A stretch of 64,000 nucleotides of DNA, from positions 70,113 to 134,112 of the forward strand of contig JAJYKS010000001.1 of NCBI GenBank assembly GCA_021788365.1, written 5' to 3'. Shown here piece by piece: positions 8,670-18,203 of the stretch; the stretch's first letter is position 1, and each line of letters starts with the position of its first letter. Source of the stretch: a bacterium (GTDB taxonomy: Bacteria; Patescibacteriota; Microgenomatia; UBA1400; UBA12108). The notes beneath the pieces are model-generated. The model was not told the origin of the DNA and did no database searches. It worked only from the letters and a program-made list of their open reading frames with translations. A program made the position numbers and the translations under genes.

Positions 8670-9998
8670 TCAGGAGGTATGTGCCCGAACGCGGTCCCAA
8701 TGCGGCCCTCGGCGGCAGAGCAGTGACGCATCTTTTCTATTTGCAAGTAGCGCTTCTACCGCTCGCTCTAAAAGAATGTTGTTTTGTGATCCTTTTACCA
8801 GTATGTAGGTCTGTTCTTTTACACGACCTTCCACGTACCTTATTAGGTCTTTCATGCGGGTAAAGTGGTGGACTGGGAAGCGTCGCCTCTCGAGTATTGG
8901 TAGTGTGTAGGTGAGTGTCTCCTTGCCAAACAGTATCGCTTCATCGGCTGATCGTATGAGCTCATCGGCAAGTTCTTTGTGGGCAATTTTTGTCTGCATT
9001 CCTAGCTCTCGCATATCACCTACTATCGCTATCTTGTGTGCGCGACCAGCAATCTTGGCAAAGTGTATAAGCGATTCACGTATCGTGTCGGGAGATGCAT
9101 TGTACGAAGAATCTATCACGGTACTGCCTTGCACACCTCGAAACATGCGAAAGCGACCGGCTGGAGCGCGAAAGCGTGAGAGGGCCACAATACTTTTTTC
9201 TGTTGGTACCCCCACTGCTGCCGCACCTGCAATGGCCGCGAGAAACGAGTATGCATAGTGCTCAGGGAGCGGATCGGGGAGGGCAAGTTCGTACGCTGCA
9301 TTTTGATAGGTAAATTGTAGGCAGAATCCACGCTTCCCGGTCGAGACGTGAGTTATATGGAATGTCGACCCTGTGCGTCTACCATAGGTTAACAGCCGTG
9401 CAGTAATATCTCGCGTTTCTTTGGCTATATATGCATCATCTTTATTTACGATAGCCACTCCCGTTGGATCGATTCCTTTCACGAGTACCATCTTTTCTTT
9501 GGCGATCTCATGGCGGATCTTTTCACCCCGTCTTTCGGGATTTTTGTCTTTGACGAGAGCGTCAAATGCCGCTCCGTGTACGAGGCCTGCGTTTAGCACT
9601 ATACCAACTTGTGGACGGATTATAGAGAGGAGATATCTCATATTTTTGGGAGGCAATGGCGAGTCTATCCCCATCTCTACTACGTAGTAGTCGAAGTGGC
9701 GCCAGTTGATAAGTATCATGAGTGGTGCAGCAAGCACAACTCTTGCCCAATCGAGTAGTGTGTAGGTGTGCATGGATAGTCCGAGCATATTGAGAGCAAT
9801 TCCTGACTCAGAATTTGCATTTATGGTGTGCTTGACTATCCCCTTTTCATTCAGGATGGTGACCAGTGCGAGGCGTGTTGTTGTTTTGCCTGCCGAGCCG
9901 GTTATCCCCAGTACAATCGCGTGACGGTTTTTTAGCTGTTGTATTTTTGCAAACGTCCGAAGATATCCCAGGATGCACAAGACAAGTATTTTTTTCAT
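8670..9998 (-). CDS. Mur ligase family protein, MurF-like (UDP-MurNAc-peptide D-Ala-D-Ala ligase)
   Basis: GITGSAGKTTT P-loop of Mur ligases, central and C-terminal Mur ligase domains. Confidence 0.6.
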   Translation of the reverse strand: MKKILVLCILGYLRTFAKIQQLKNRHAIVLGITGSAGKTTTRLALVTILNEKGIVKHTINANSESGIALNMLGLSMHTYTLLDWARVVLAAPLMILINWRHFDYYVVEMGIDSPLPPKNMRYLLSIIRPQVGIVLNAGLVHGAAFDALVKDKNPERRGEKIRHEIAKEKMVLVKGIDPTGVAIVNKDDAYIAKETRDITARLLTYGRRTGSTFHITHVSTGKRGFCLQFTYQNAAYELALPDPLPEHYAYSFLAAIAGAAAVGVPTEKSIVALSRFRAPAGRFRMFRGVQGSTVIDSSYNASPDTIRESLIHFAKIAGRAHKIAIVGDMRELGMQTKIAHKELADELIRSADEAILFGKETLTYTLPILERRRFPVHHFTRMKDLIRYVEGRVKEQTYILVKGSQNNILLERAVEALLANRKDASLLCRRGPHWDRVRAHTS

Positions 9999-9999
9999 T

Positions 10000-11361
10000 T
10001 TATTGTCCGCTATTCAATTCTGCTGCTAGTGTACTCGCCGTATTTGCATCGGTTGTGTCTGCAGTAATCCGCGTTTTCTCGTCCTCGGTAAGCCAAGCAC
10101 GTTTTTGCATAACACCGGCCACTTCCTGTGCTAGTGCTAGTCGGCGTCGGAGGATTGTTAGGAGCTCCTGCAGCTTTCCCTGATCTACTCGACTGTCACC
10201 CACTGCTCCTTCCCAACTTTTTATGACATTTTGCAAACTGGTGACTGCGTCTGTCCAGCTTTGTACCGTCGATGTGTCATATGTTGCTGGGATATAGCCA
10301 CCAAGCTCACCAACTATAACCTGTGTGGGACAACCATTTACCACTTTGTCTATGGCGCCAACACCGATGTCTTGATAGTTTTTGTTTAGCACCTGTGAGG
10401 CTGTGTCTTTAAATGCTAAGAGGTTTTGCATGAGTTCTTCGGCGGTGTAGTGGCCATGACTCACAAATTCGCCCCCCACGATATTACTATAGCCAGCTAC
10501 CTTCTCTGCCTCTTGCTGCGATGATACTGAGCCTGCAGCGCGTAATGACGCGGCGTGTTCTAGCGTTTTGTTTGCCGACAGCGCAGCTATATTGTGACTC
10601 TTTCGCGCTGAGTCCAGGAGCGCGTAAAATGCCGATACGTTAAGCGTGGGTTGTCCCTCGAGTAGCGCGTCTTTTGAGGTGTCGCGCCACAATTTCTTGT
10701 ACAGGTCTTGGTCGCTGTAGGGCAAGACAAAGCTGATATCTTCCGCACGAATGAGCCCCAGCTCATACCGTGAGTCTGAGGAGATTTTGCGATTGTCGCC
10801 CAAGACAAGATACTCTCCCTGCGGGACTACTACCTTTTGACAGTCTGTGATGTTGGTACCGCCATATGTCGAGCGCGGGGCGGCAATGTATGGCTCAGAT
10901 AGGAGTAAACCATTACGGTAGACAAAGCCGTCGCGAAATTCTATGGTGTCTCCTGGCGTACCAATGACTCGTTTGATAAATCCTGCATCGGTCGGTTGTC
11001 CGTCTTTTTGCAAGATGGCGCGCGTGGCACTATTTTGGAATGCAACCATATCGCCAAAGCCGATCGTGCGCCTAAGATAGGTTTGACCGAAGACCGTAAA
11101 TCCAGTGAAATCGCGATACATGAGTGGTGCACTTCTGTATTCTTCAATGACTCTCTTTGATGGGTCTTCCGGTCCCCCGTCGGCTTTATCCCAAAAAAGT
11201 GATGGATACATGGATCCGGTACCTACAACGGAAACGGAGACCGGCACCAGCCCTACAGATTTTTCTATCTCATTTATGCTGATAGCGACGATGGGCATGA
11301 CCGCAGCGAGAATTATCGCCGTCGGAATAAATCGCAAGAGCTTGCCGAGTATTTTTTTCAT
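10000..11361 (-). CDS. signal peptidase I (S26) fused to a C-terminal CAP/YkwD-like domain
   Basis: N-terminal TM helix; GTGSMYPSL (SPase box B with catalytic Ser); GDNRKISSDSRYELGLI (box E). An extra ~230-aa C-terminal region carries GHYTAEEL...NKNYQDIGVGAI, like CAP/YkwD motifs. Confidence 0.7.
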   Translation of the reverse strand: MKKILGKLLRFIPTAIILAAVMPIVAISINEIEKSVGLVPVSVSVVGTGSMYPSLFWDKADGGPEDPSKRVIEEYRSAPLMYRDFTGFTVFGQTYLRRTIGFGDMVAFQNSATRAILQKDGQPTDAGFIKRVIGTPGDTIEFRDGFVYRNGLLLSEPYIAAPRSTYGGTNITDCQKVVVPQGEYLVLGDNRKISSDSRYELGLIRAEDISFVLPYSDQDLYKKLWRDTSKDALLEGQPTLNVSAFYALLDSARKSHNIAALSANKTLEHAASLRAAGSVSSQQEAEKVAGYSNIVGGEFVSHGHYTAEELMQNLLAFKDTASQVLNKNYQDIGVGAIDKVVNGCPTQVIVGELGGYIPATYDTSTVQSWTDAVTSLQNVIKSWEGAVGDSRVDQGKLQELLTILRRRLALAQEVAGVMQKRAWLTEDEKTRITADTTDANTASTLAAELNSGQ

Positions 11362-12176
11362 TGCGGACTCTTACCACAGACCTGTTTCACTTCTCGCATG
11401 ACCGATGCGCGACTCGCCTCTGGAAGCAGTGCAGCATTGTCGCCTTCTAAAAGTTCGCGACATACGACAACTTTGGCGGCAAGCAATCGCTCTTTATCTT
11501 CCTTTGTTAAACTGTCGAGCATGGTCACGGGATGTAGACCCGTGCGTTCAATGAGGTCCATGATCCCCTCACCTTTGGGATACCCCCAACTTGTGATGCG
11601 AATATCGCGACAGCGTGCATAGTCTATGGCATCTCCTGAAAAACGAGTGTTGGTTACGATCCAGGAACCCGTATTCCCGCCCTTCCACGCGTCGACAATA
11701 TCTTCATAGCGAGCGTGGATGTATAGTGTTACTTTAACATCGGTCCGCTGGGTTGGATTTTTGTGAAATTTTGCCTCGATGAACCACGTCCGATCATCCT
11801 TCACCGCTTCGACGTCTATTTCATGTGAGACACACGATCCCTGAACGATTTGATTTGTTTTACAGCTATACCCGATTGCTTCGAGGAGCAGTGCGGTATA
11901 TTGCTCGAATGGATAGCCAGAAGGACCTATTTCGGATAGTGCTTTTTTTAGATTATATTTGGAAGCATAGTGTGGCATATCCTTGCTATGGAGATATGCT
12001 TTGATGATATCGAAGATCTCACGAGTTGTGATACCGTCGTAGAGCTTGCTGTGAATGTCCGCGACCATGTCGTTTTGCACATCTTCTGGTACACCAACGC
12101 GCGAGGCAGAGGCACGAATTTTTGCTTCAGAATATGTTTCTCTTTCGCCATTTGCTTTTATAACGGTAACGGACAT
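11358..12176 (-). CDS. ATP-cone domain fused to Mrr-like (PD-(D/E)xK) restriction endonuclease domain
   Basis: N-terminal VIKANGERETYSEAKI ATP-cone; C-terminal IDVEAV...WFIEAKFHK PD-ExK nuclease core. Stop overlaps the SPase start (ATGA). Confidence 0.6.
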   Translation of the reverse strand: MSVTVIKANGERETYSEAKIRASASRVGVPEDVQNDMVADIHSKLYDGITTREIFDIIKAYLHSKDMPHYASKYNLKKALSEIGPSGYPFEQYTALLLEAIGYSCKTNQIVQGSCVSHEIDVEAVKDDRTWFIEAKFHKNPTQRTDVKVTLYIHARYEDIVDAWKGGNTGSWIVTNTRFSGDAIDYARCRDIRITSWGYPKGEGIMDLIERTGLHPVTMLDSLTKEDKERLLAAKVVVCRELLEGDNAALLPEASRASVMREVKQVCGKSPQ

Positions 12177-12186
12177 ACTCCTCCTT

Positions 12187-13566
12187 TTACACCCACGAGG
12201 CGGTGCGTATTGTTTCTAGTACAAAATAGACAAAGAGACAAAATGCTATAAGTAGTATTCCTTGTCTCGCACGCGATGGGCGTGCAAACGAGGGTAATTT
12301 GGTTTTATTCAATATTAGTATTAGTGGAAATGCGACCATCATAGCTGCAGCATTGAGGATTGCCGCAATAGTAAGTAGCGCGCGCGGCGTCTCAAATCCC
12401 ATGTGTAGAAGTGCCACTCCTCCGACTATTTCTGCCCACAATACAATATAAAATGCTCTGCCAGCGTTTACCGGCTTGTCTACTCCATTTTTTGCAAGTA
12501 ATACGTTTTCTGCCGTGATGCGAGCGGCACTCTCGTACACGCCGAGCTGGGTAGAGAAGAGCATGAGGGCTGCTACCACTAAAAAGATTGTCCCGATGAG
12601 GGGAACTGTTTTATCTCCAATTGTTGCCGCCTCAAAAAAGAGAAAATTAATATCTACTGCGCTTGCCCCTCGCGCGGTACCCGCGGCTAGCGCGGCCAAA
12701 AGCAGGATGGTCGTGAGGCCGAGTACCCAAAATACCAGAAAGTGTTCACTATTTACGAGCCGCCACCACCTTGCCCACCGCGAGCGATTTGCCGCAGTGT
12801 CGACAAAACTGTTACCTTGTATCTCTATTTCCTTAGACTTTCCCTGCAAGAGTGACTTTATTCCTGCAAAGTAGCGACCCATGCCGAATCCTTTTTCTTT
12901 TATGTAATAACTTTGCGCGAGATTAAGATTGCCACCGGCTCCCGAATATGCAAATGCACCGAGGAATGCACCGATCCCGATGCCCGGTGGAAAGAAGCGC
13001 CAGCCAGCACCTTGGCCTACAAGCCCACGCACCAGTTCTAGCCATACCTCAGGTGTGACGAGTGCGAGTGTCACCAGGGTGATAAATGGAAGACCAACCA
13101 TAATGATGGTTTTTTGTATCCGCTCCATTGTTTTATATAGTGTGCGGCCGGTCGATATGATGACGCCGGTAAGTATGAGGAGTCCTATGGCAAAAGCTTT
13201 TTCGGGCAAAGCCGGAACTAGGTAGTGAGAAATTGCCGATGTGCTGGCGGCAAAACCTGGGAGCGCCCAAGGAATGGTGGTCGAGAGTATAAACCAATAA
13301 GGAATCGCACGACTCATTTTTCGCCAGCCGACGAACACCGACTCGCCCCATGCGAGGGTATAGCGCATAGCTTCGGTGTTTAAGAAAAACTGTAACGTAA
13401 TGCCGAGCAAACCACCCCAAATGAGGCCCAGGCCGTATTGTGAGGAAAGATATGGCCAGAGGATGAGCTCACCCGACCCTAAGGCTAAACCGAGAAGAAT
13501 AAATGACGGGCCGATGGATTTTTTAAGCTCAGGTGGTTCGGGTAAGTTGCGAGGGATTTCCGGCAT
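12187..13566 (-). CDS. Nramp-family divalent metal (Mn/Fe) transporter
   Basis: GPSFILLGLALGSGELILWPYLSSQYGLGLIWGGLLGITLQ matches Nramp consensus; about 11 TM. Start chosen at the internal Met to avoid overlapping truB. Confidence 0.7.
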   Translation of the reverse strand: MPEIPRNLPEPPELKKSIGPSFILLGLALGSGELILWPYLSSQYGLGLIWGGLLGITLQFFLNTEAMRYTLAWGESVFVGWRKMSRAIPYWFILSTTIPWALPGFAASTSAISHYLVPALPEKAFAIGLLILTGVIISTGRTLYKTMERIQKTIIMVGLPFITLVTLALVTPEVWLELVRGLVGQGAGWRFFPPGIGIGAFLGAFAYSGAGGNLNLAQSYYIKEKGFGMGRYFAGIKSLLQGKSKEIEIQGNSFVDTAANRSRWARWWRLVNSEHFLVFWVLGLTTILLLAALAAGTARGASAVDINFLFFEAATIGDKTVPLIGTIFLVVAALMLFSTQLGVYESAARITAENVLLAKNGVDKPVNAGRAFYIVLWAEIVGGVALLHMGFETPRALLTIAAILNAAAMMVAFPLILILNKTKLPSFARPSRARQGILLIAFCLFVYFVLETIRTASWV

Positions 13567-13621
13567 ACTTTTTACTATACCATGTCTGGCCCAGCCCCCG
13601 ACTGACGGGTATACTATACAC

Positions 13622-14299
13622 ATGGATGAGATACTTCCGGTATACAAACCATCAGGTATAACAAGCTACGATGTTATTCGCGCGTATAAGCGCGCGGCGT
13701 GCCCCGCGTGGAAGGTGGGGCACGGTGGCACCCTGGATCCCTTTGCCGACGGCGTCTTGCTCCTACTTCTAGGCAAGGCAACAAAGCGGATGAACGAGCT
13801 GTCGGCACTACCTAAAACGTACCGAGCGACGGCAGTACTAGGAGTAAAATCAGACACTCTTGATAGAATGGGAAAGGTAGATTCAAGATTTAAGATTCAA
13901 GATTTACGAATGATAACACGGGAACAAATTGAGGACGCGGCACAGAAGTTTGTGGGGACGTATGAACAAGAGATTCCCGCCTATTCGGCGGCAAAGGTAA
14001 ACGGTCAGCCGCGATACAAATTGGCGCGTAAAGGGCAAGACCTGGAAAAGAAAACAAAGCCGGTGACAATTTATTCGCTGAATATGTTGCACTACGATGA
14101 TTTGAATCATGGTAGTGGAGTGTCGTTCGAGGCTACTGTGTCATCCGGCACGTATATCCGGCAGCTCTCTTATGATATTTTTAAGACTTTGGGCATCGAA
14201 AGCTATCTTGATTCTCTCACCCGCACGGCGATTGGTGAATTTACTTTAGAAAATTGCAGCCGGATAGAAGATTTTGGAACGCTCGTTCACGGTGTGTAG
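13622..14299 (+). CDS. truB: tRNA pseudouridine(55) synthase TruB
   Basis: MDEILPVYKPSGITSYDV...GHGGTLDPFADGVLLLLLGKATK (catalytic Asp motif); upstream ORF extension rejected. Confidence 0.8.
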   Translation: MDEILPVYKPSGITSYDVIRAYKRAACPAWKVGHGGTLDPFADGVLLLLLGKATKRMNELSALPKTYRATAVLGVKSDTLDRMGKVDSRFKIQDLRMITREQIEDAAQKFVGTYEQEIPAYSAAKVNGQPRYKLARKGQDLEKKTKPVTIYSLNMLHYDDLNHGSGVSFEATVSSGTYIRQLSYDIFKTLGIESYLDSLTRTAIGEFTLENCSRIEDFGTLVHGV

Positions 14300-14858
14300 G
14301 GTGATCTAGTTGAAAATTTAGCGGTGAGGCGTGAAACTCTCCGAGCGTCATTGATAGTTCTGGGATGTAGAAAATTGGCCAAAATGGCATGCCGGCTTGC
14401 CGTTCTCGTCGGGGTTGCTCCAGAATTGTCCCTCTAAGCACACCATCAAAATATTGGATTGCGTGGCCTTGACACGCAACGGCAAGCACCGTGTGGAACT
14501 GTGCCCCGCGCGCGTTTGGCGGTACGCCGTTTAGACGTTTGAGACAATATTCAATTATTTCTTCATCTGCCATTTTGTACCCTTTCCAGCGGCGTACTTT
14601 GATCCCCGGCTCGCCCCCCAAGGCGTCAATTTCCAAACCGGTATCGTCGCCGATCACGACAGTTCCAGAAGGGATGAGATCGAGATAGGCCTCGGCTTTT
14701 AGCCGAGCATTTTCGGCGAGACTATTTCCCGTTTCTTCGACATCGAGCGAGATCCCCATGTCTTCGGGGCCTACGATTTCTAGACCGTGGTGAGCGAAGA
14801 TCTTCTGCGCTTCTTTCAATTTACCCGGATTGGTGGTGGCGTAGACGAGCGTGGTCAT
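14241..14858 (-). CDS. rdgB: non-canonical purine NTP pyrophosphatase (RdgB/HAM1, ITPase)
   Basis: YATTNPGKLKE...GDDTGLEIDALGGEPG signature of Ham1 family. Confidence 0.8.
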   Translation of the reverse strand: MTTLVYATTNPGKLKEAQKIFAHHGLEIVGPEDMGISLDVEETGNSLAENARLKAEAYLDLIPSGTVVIGDDTGLEIDALGGEPGIKVRRWKGYKMADEEIIEYCLKRLNGVPPNARGAQFHTVLAVACQGHAIQYFDGVLRGTILEQPRRERQAGMPFWPIFYIPELSMTLGEFHASPLNFQLDHPTHRERAFQNLLSGCNFLK

Positions 14859-16018
14859 ATAGTATGCCGTGCTTCTTTATACACCATCCAGTAGATATAG
14901 GTAATGGAAATTGAAATGGTGGTGATAATAAGCAATGCGCGCGTGGGGCCGTAGGCATCGGCAAGACCACCTAGCACTAGAGTCATCACGGCAAAGCCAA
15001 TATCGCCTCCGAGTGAGTTGAGGGATTCCATTGTCGCTCGTTGATGATCGCTAAATTCTTTTTGCATAAGGTGATTTTCAGCTACCTGACCAACCCCATA
15101 CAAAATTGATACGCTGGACATGATTATCGGAGAAAATACGGTCGGGAATACGAGACCAATAATGGTAACAATCTTCCCGTAAGCGCTTCGCAATAGTATC
15201 AGCGTTTCTGCTTTTATTCTCTTCATAATTTTTCCACTTAGGTAAAAACTAATTGAGGCACCAAAATTGGATATGACATTAGCGAAGCCAATAGCCCACA
15301 AGGGCCACACAAGGTTAAAAAAAGCTGCACGAAACTGGAAGGACAACTCGCTTGTAGAATAGCTGATAATTGATGCGATACTTAGTAAACGAAGTTTGCG
15401 GTTTTTTGCAAACAGGGAAATAGCTTCTTTTAGGTGGGCAAAAATATTGCTTTCGGTACGTATGCTACGTCTTGGTTCAGAGAAGAAGTAGCTAACTATT
15501 AATAAGGCTACTTGGAAGAATACCGTGGCCCACAGGAGGTAGGAGAAAGAAAAACTGGCAATGATACTGCCCACGGCTGCAGAGATACCGAGTGCAAGCT
15601 GCTCGGTAGAGCTCACTTTGCCTAAATATGTATGATATTCGCCCTCCACCCCAGATTCGGCTAGAGTGTCGTAAAGAAAAGCATCATTGTTTCCCGAATA
15701 CAGTGATCGCGAAAGTCCTTCCATTACCGCGCCAATAACGAGAAACCAATACGATCGACCGATTGCATAAAAGACGAATGCGGTAAGGCGAGCCCACGAG
15801 CCGATCACGATCGTGTATTTTCTACCCACCTTATCCGACCAAATTCCTGTAGGCACTTCGAAAATTGCCGCGGCCAGCATGGTTATGCCAAAAATACTAG
15901 TACCGAGAAGATACGAGCCGGAGACACGGGAGAAGTAAATGATCGCGATAGGCGCAAATAGACTCACCCCGATGAGGAAATTGAATATTGAAAGTAGCTT
16001 TACGTTTTTCCGATACAT
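14855..16018 (-). CDS. MFS transporter
   Basis: 387 aa, 12 predicted TM, motif GIWSDKVGRK between TM2 and TM3. Confidence 0.6.
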   Translation of the reverse strand: MYRKNVKLLSIFNFLIGVSLFAPIAIIYFSRVSGSYLLGTSIFGITMLAAAIFEVPTGIWSDKVGRKYTIVIGSWARLTAFVFYAIGRSYWFLVIGAVMEGLSRSLYSGNNDAFLYDTLAESGVEGEYHTYLGKVSSTEQLALGISAAVGSIIASFSFSYLLWATVFFQVALLIVSYFFSEPRRSIRTESNIFAHLKEAISLFAKNRKLRLLSIASIISYSTSELSFQFRAAFFNLVWPLWAIGFANVISNFGASISFYLSGKIMKRIKAETLILLRSAYGKIVTIIGLVFPTVFSPIIMSSVSILYGVGQVAENHLMQKEFSDHQRATMESLNSLGGDIGFAVMTLVLGGLADAYGPTRALLIITTISISITYIYWMVYKEARHTI

Positions 16019-16036
16019 GAGGGGATTATAGCGAGC

Positions 16037-16567
16037 TTAGTGGGTTAAAAGATACATCTCAAAATATTTTAGCGAGACAATTGTCGGTCCGTCTTTAATG
16101 ACGCCATCTTTTATCAGGTTATTCATTTCTTCTAACGTCACCCATTTCATCTGCATATCTTTTTCCGACAGCTCGCGCTCCATCCTTCCTTCCGTCCAAT
16201 CTGTTGCTACATATATGTATCCAACCTGATCCATAGTCCCTGGCGCGGGATAGAATTGGGCTATCTCGTTTATTGCTCTTGCGGATAAACCCGTTTCTTC
16301 CTCTAGCTCCCGCTTTGCGGCAAAATCGGGTGCGTCGCTTTCGGCGTGACCCATGGGGAATTCCCAGGAGAAGTACTTAATAAAGTGCCGGTGCTGACCA
16401 ACTAATAGCATGCGCGTGCCATCCCAGGGAATGATTATTGAAAATGGCTGTTTATGTACAATTCCATATGTCACCTGGTCTCCGTGACCTGTCATTACCA
16501 CGTCCTCAGTAACTGTCATATAGCGATTTTTATATATGACTTTGCTGCTTTTTGTTTCCCACTTCAT
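16037..16567 (-). CDS. NUDIX hydrolase
   Basis: GHAESDAPDFAAKRELEEETGL Nudix box. Confidence 0.7.
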   Translation of the reverse strand: MKWETKSSKVIYKNRYMTVTEDVVMTGHGDQVTYGIVHKQPFSIIIPWDGTRMLLVGQHRHFIKYFSWEFPMGHAESDAPDFAAKRELEEETGLSARAINEIAQFYPAPGTMDQVGYIYVATDWTEGRMERELSEKDMQMKWVTLEEMNNLIKDGVIKDGPTIVSLKYFEMYLLTH

Positions 16568-18189
16568 GACTTTCCTTTCTTTTTAACATGCGCAGCGACA
16601 ACGTGAGCCGCATCTGCGGGAAGTCCGATGTAGTCATCTACGATGATAAATCGTGGTGACCACTGTGGATTAAATTTGTTTTTAAAATTATAAAGCGATT
16701 TGTAGTCATACAACCTATTGAAACGTTCGAATATGAGACCTCGTAGTCGTCGCATTATTTGCGCCTCTGTTCTTATTTTATCAACATCGGCTAACGGAGC
16801 CATGCCTAGATGTAACGTGTCCCAGCCATTCTTTTTCCCGTATTGCACGGCTTCGTTTATCGTCGCCTCCATGACGCCGTTTGGCGAACTTGATCTTCTC
16901 ATCATGAGATCTATAACATATCCGCTCCCGTTTACCGGAAACAGACTTACCACACTCGTGAGTACGCCGCTCCGGTCATGTGAGATAAGTACTTTACCAT
17001 TAGCTATCGAGGGAAATGGGTAAAAACCCAGAGAAAACGTTAGTTCTGGCGCATGTTTTCTTGCAGTCCATTCTTGGTAAAGCTCGTCTATGTCGTGTAG
17101 CTCTTTCCATGGCAATCCCACCATGCTATACCAAGCGAAGTACACACCTTCTCTTTGACTGTGAGTAATCGCATGTCGAACATCGGCCATACGAGACCCT
17201 TCCAGTGTGTATGAAGGTATCGGGATCACTGCAGATTCTCCTACCTTTACTGCCTTGCCTGGCACGTGCTTTGTGGCACTTTCTTCTACGTTGTACCACA
17301 CGACGCTTAGACCTTGTCGGCGCGCCATATCACGAAATTCTAGTGCCGCCGCTCTAACATCAATACCAATCGGCATTCCAAGAACTATGAGGCTATTTTG
17401 TACACGCTTGTAGGCAACGGCTGACTGTCCGTTCTTGCTAAACCACCATACTTTATCTGACATAAGCGAAAAGTAATCCGTTTCGTCGTGGCCATACTGC
17501 TCAACTATTTTTTGCATGCGCTCACGATCCTCTGCGGTTGGCGTGGTGTGGTCGAATGCTGGAGCAAAGAGTGCTGTTGCAACGAGCGCGACAGCGAATA
17601 TTCCAATGGCGTTTATCGACCCTTCGAACCATCGTGCCCATTGCGTCTCGGCCCGTAGTGTATCCCTGCCTACGCCAAAACTTTCATATGCGTATTTTGC
17701 GGGAATGGTGCGTAGGTTGTATGGGCCCACAAATTGTGTGCGCATAAACCAATAGCCACCCACCATATACATAAATAGGAATGCAAGTATGATGGCGGTG
17801 GTTTTTAATGCCGAAAAAACTGCTAGCCGGTCGCTTTTGACATAGAACAGCTGACGCGAAACCACCAGTATTGCGATCGCACCACAGGTAAGTAGGAATT
17901 CTTCGACGTCTAGTCCTTTTATCATGTGCAATATGAGCGTGCCAATGAGGAGTACGATGCTGGTGAGCCACGCACGGTGCTTACGCCCCAGTAGATTTGC
18001 CGATAGTACCACGAGGCAGATACCCACGATGAGGGTGAGTGTGCGAGATGCATGGAGTACGTCCAGAGGTAATATTTCACGTAGCAACTGATATCGAGAC
18101 ATTGCTGGTGGCCACAGTGCCGATATGATATCCATCACACCTGTTGCCCCCACCGCGAGGGAAACGAGCTCTGAAGTCCAATTCCACAT
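16564..18189 (-). CDS. MprF-like aminoacyl-phosphatidylglycerol synthase (TM domain plus DUF2156/LPG-synthase C domain)
   Basis: N-terminal multi-TM region; C-terminal domain with conserved SDKVWWFSKNGQSAVAYKRV...LIVLGMPIG as in LPG synthase C domain. Confidence 0.55.
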   Translation of the reverse strand: MWNWTSELVSLAVGATGVMDIISALWPPAMSRYQLLREILPLDVLHASRTLTLIVGICLVVLSANLLGRKHRAWLTSIVLLIGTLILHMIKGLDVEEFLLTCGAIAILVVSRQLFYVKSDRLAVFSALKTTAIILAFLFMYMVGGYWFMRTQFVGPYNLRTIPAKYAYESFGVGRDTLRAETQWARWFEGSINAIGIFAVALVATALFAPAFDHTTPTAEDRERMQKIVEQYGHDETDYFSLMSDKVWWFSKNGQSAVAYKRVQNSLIVLGMPIGIDVRAAALEFRDMARRQGLSVVWYNVEESATKHVPGKAVKVGESAVIPIPSYTLEGSRMADVRHAITHSQREGVYFAWYSMVGLPWKELHDIDELYQEWTARKHAPELTFSLGFYPFPSIANGKVLISHDRSGVLTSVVSLFPVNGSGYVIDLMMRRSSSPNGVMEATINEAVQYGKKNGWDTLHLGMAPLADVDKIRTEAQIMRRLRGLIFERFNRLYDYKSLYNFKNKFNPQWSPRFIIVDDYIGLPADAAHVVAAHVKKKGKS

Positions 18190-18203
18190 ATGCTGATTGT
18201 ACC

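Noticed and set aside
8636-8746. N-terminal 37-aa extension of the superoxide dismutase ORF
   Set aside because: The internal Met at 8635 has an AGGAGG RBS and matches the Sod N-terminus. The extension would overlap the murF-like gene.
13376-13621. Upstream extension of the truB ORF (307-aa version)
   Set aside because: It overlaps the Nramp gene on the other strand. The truB homology starts at the Met at 13622.
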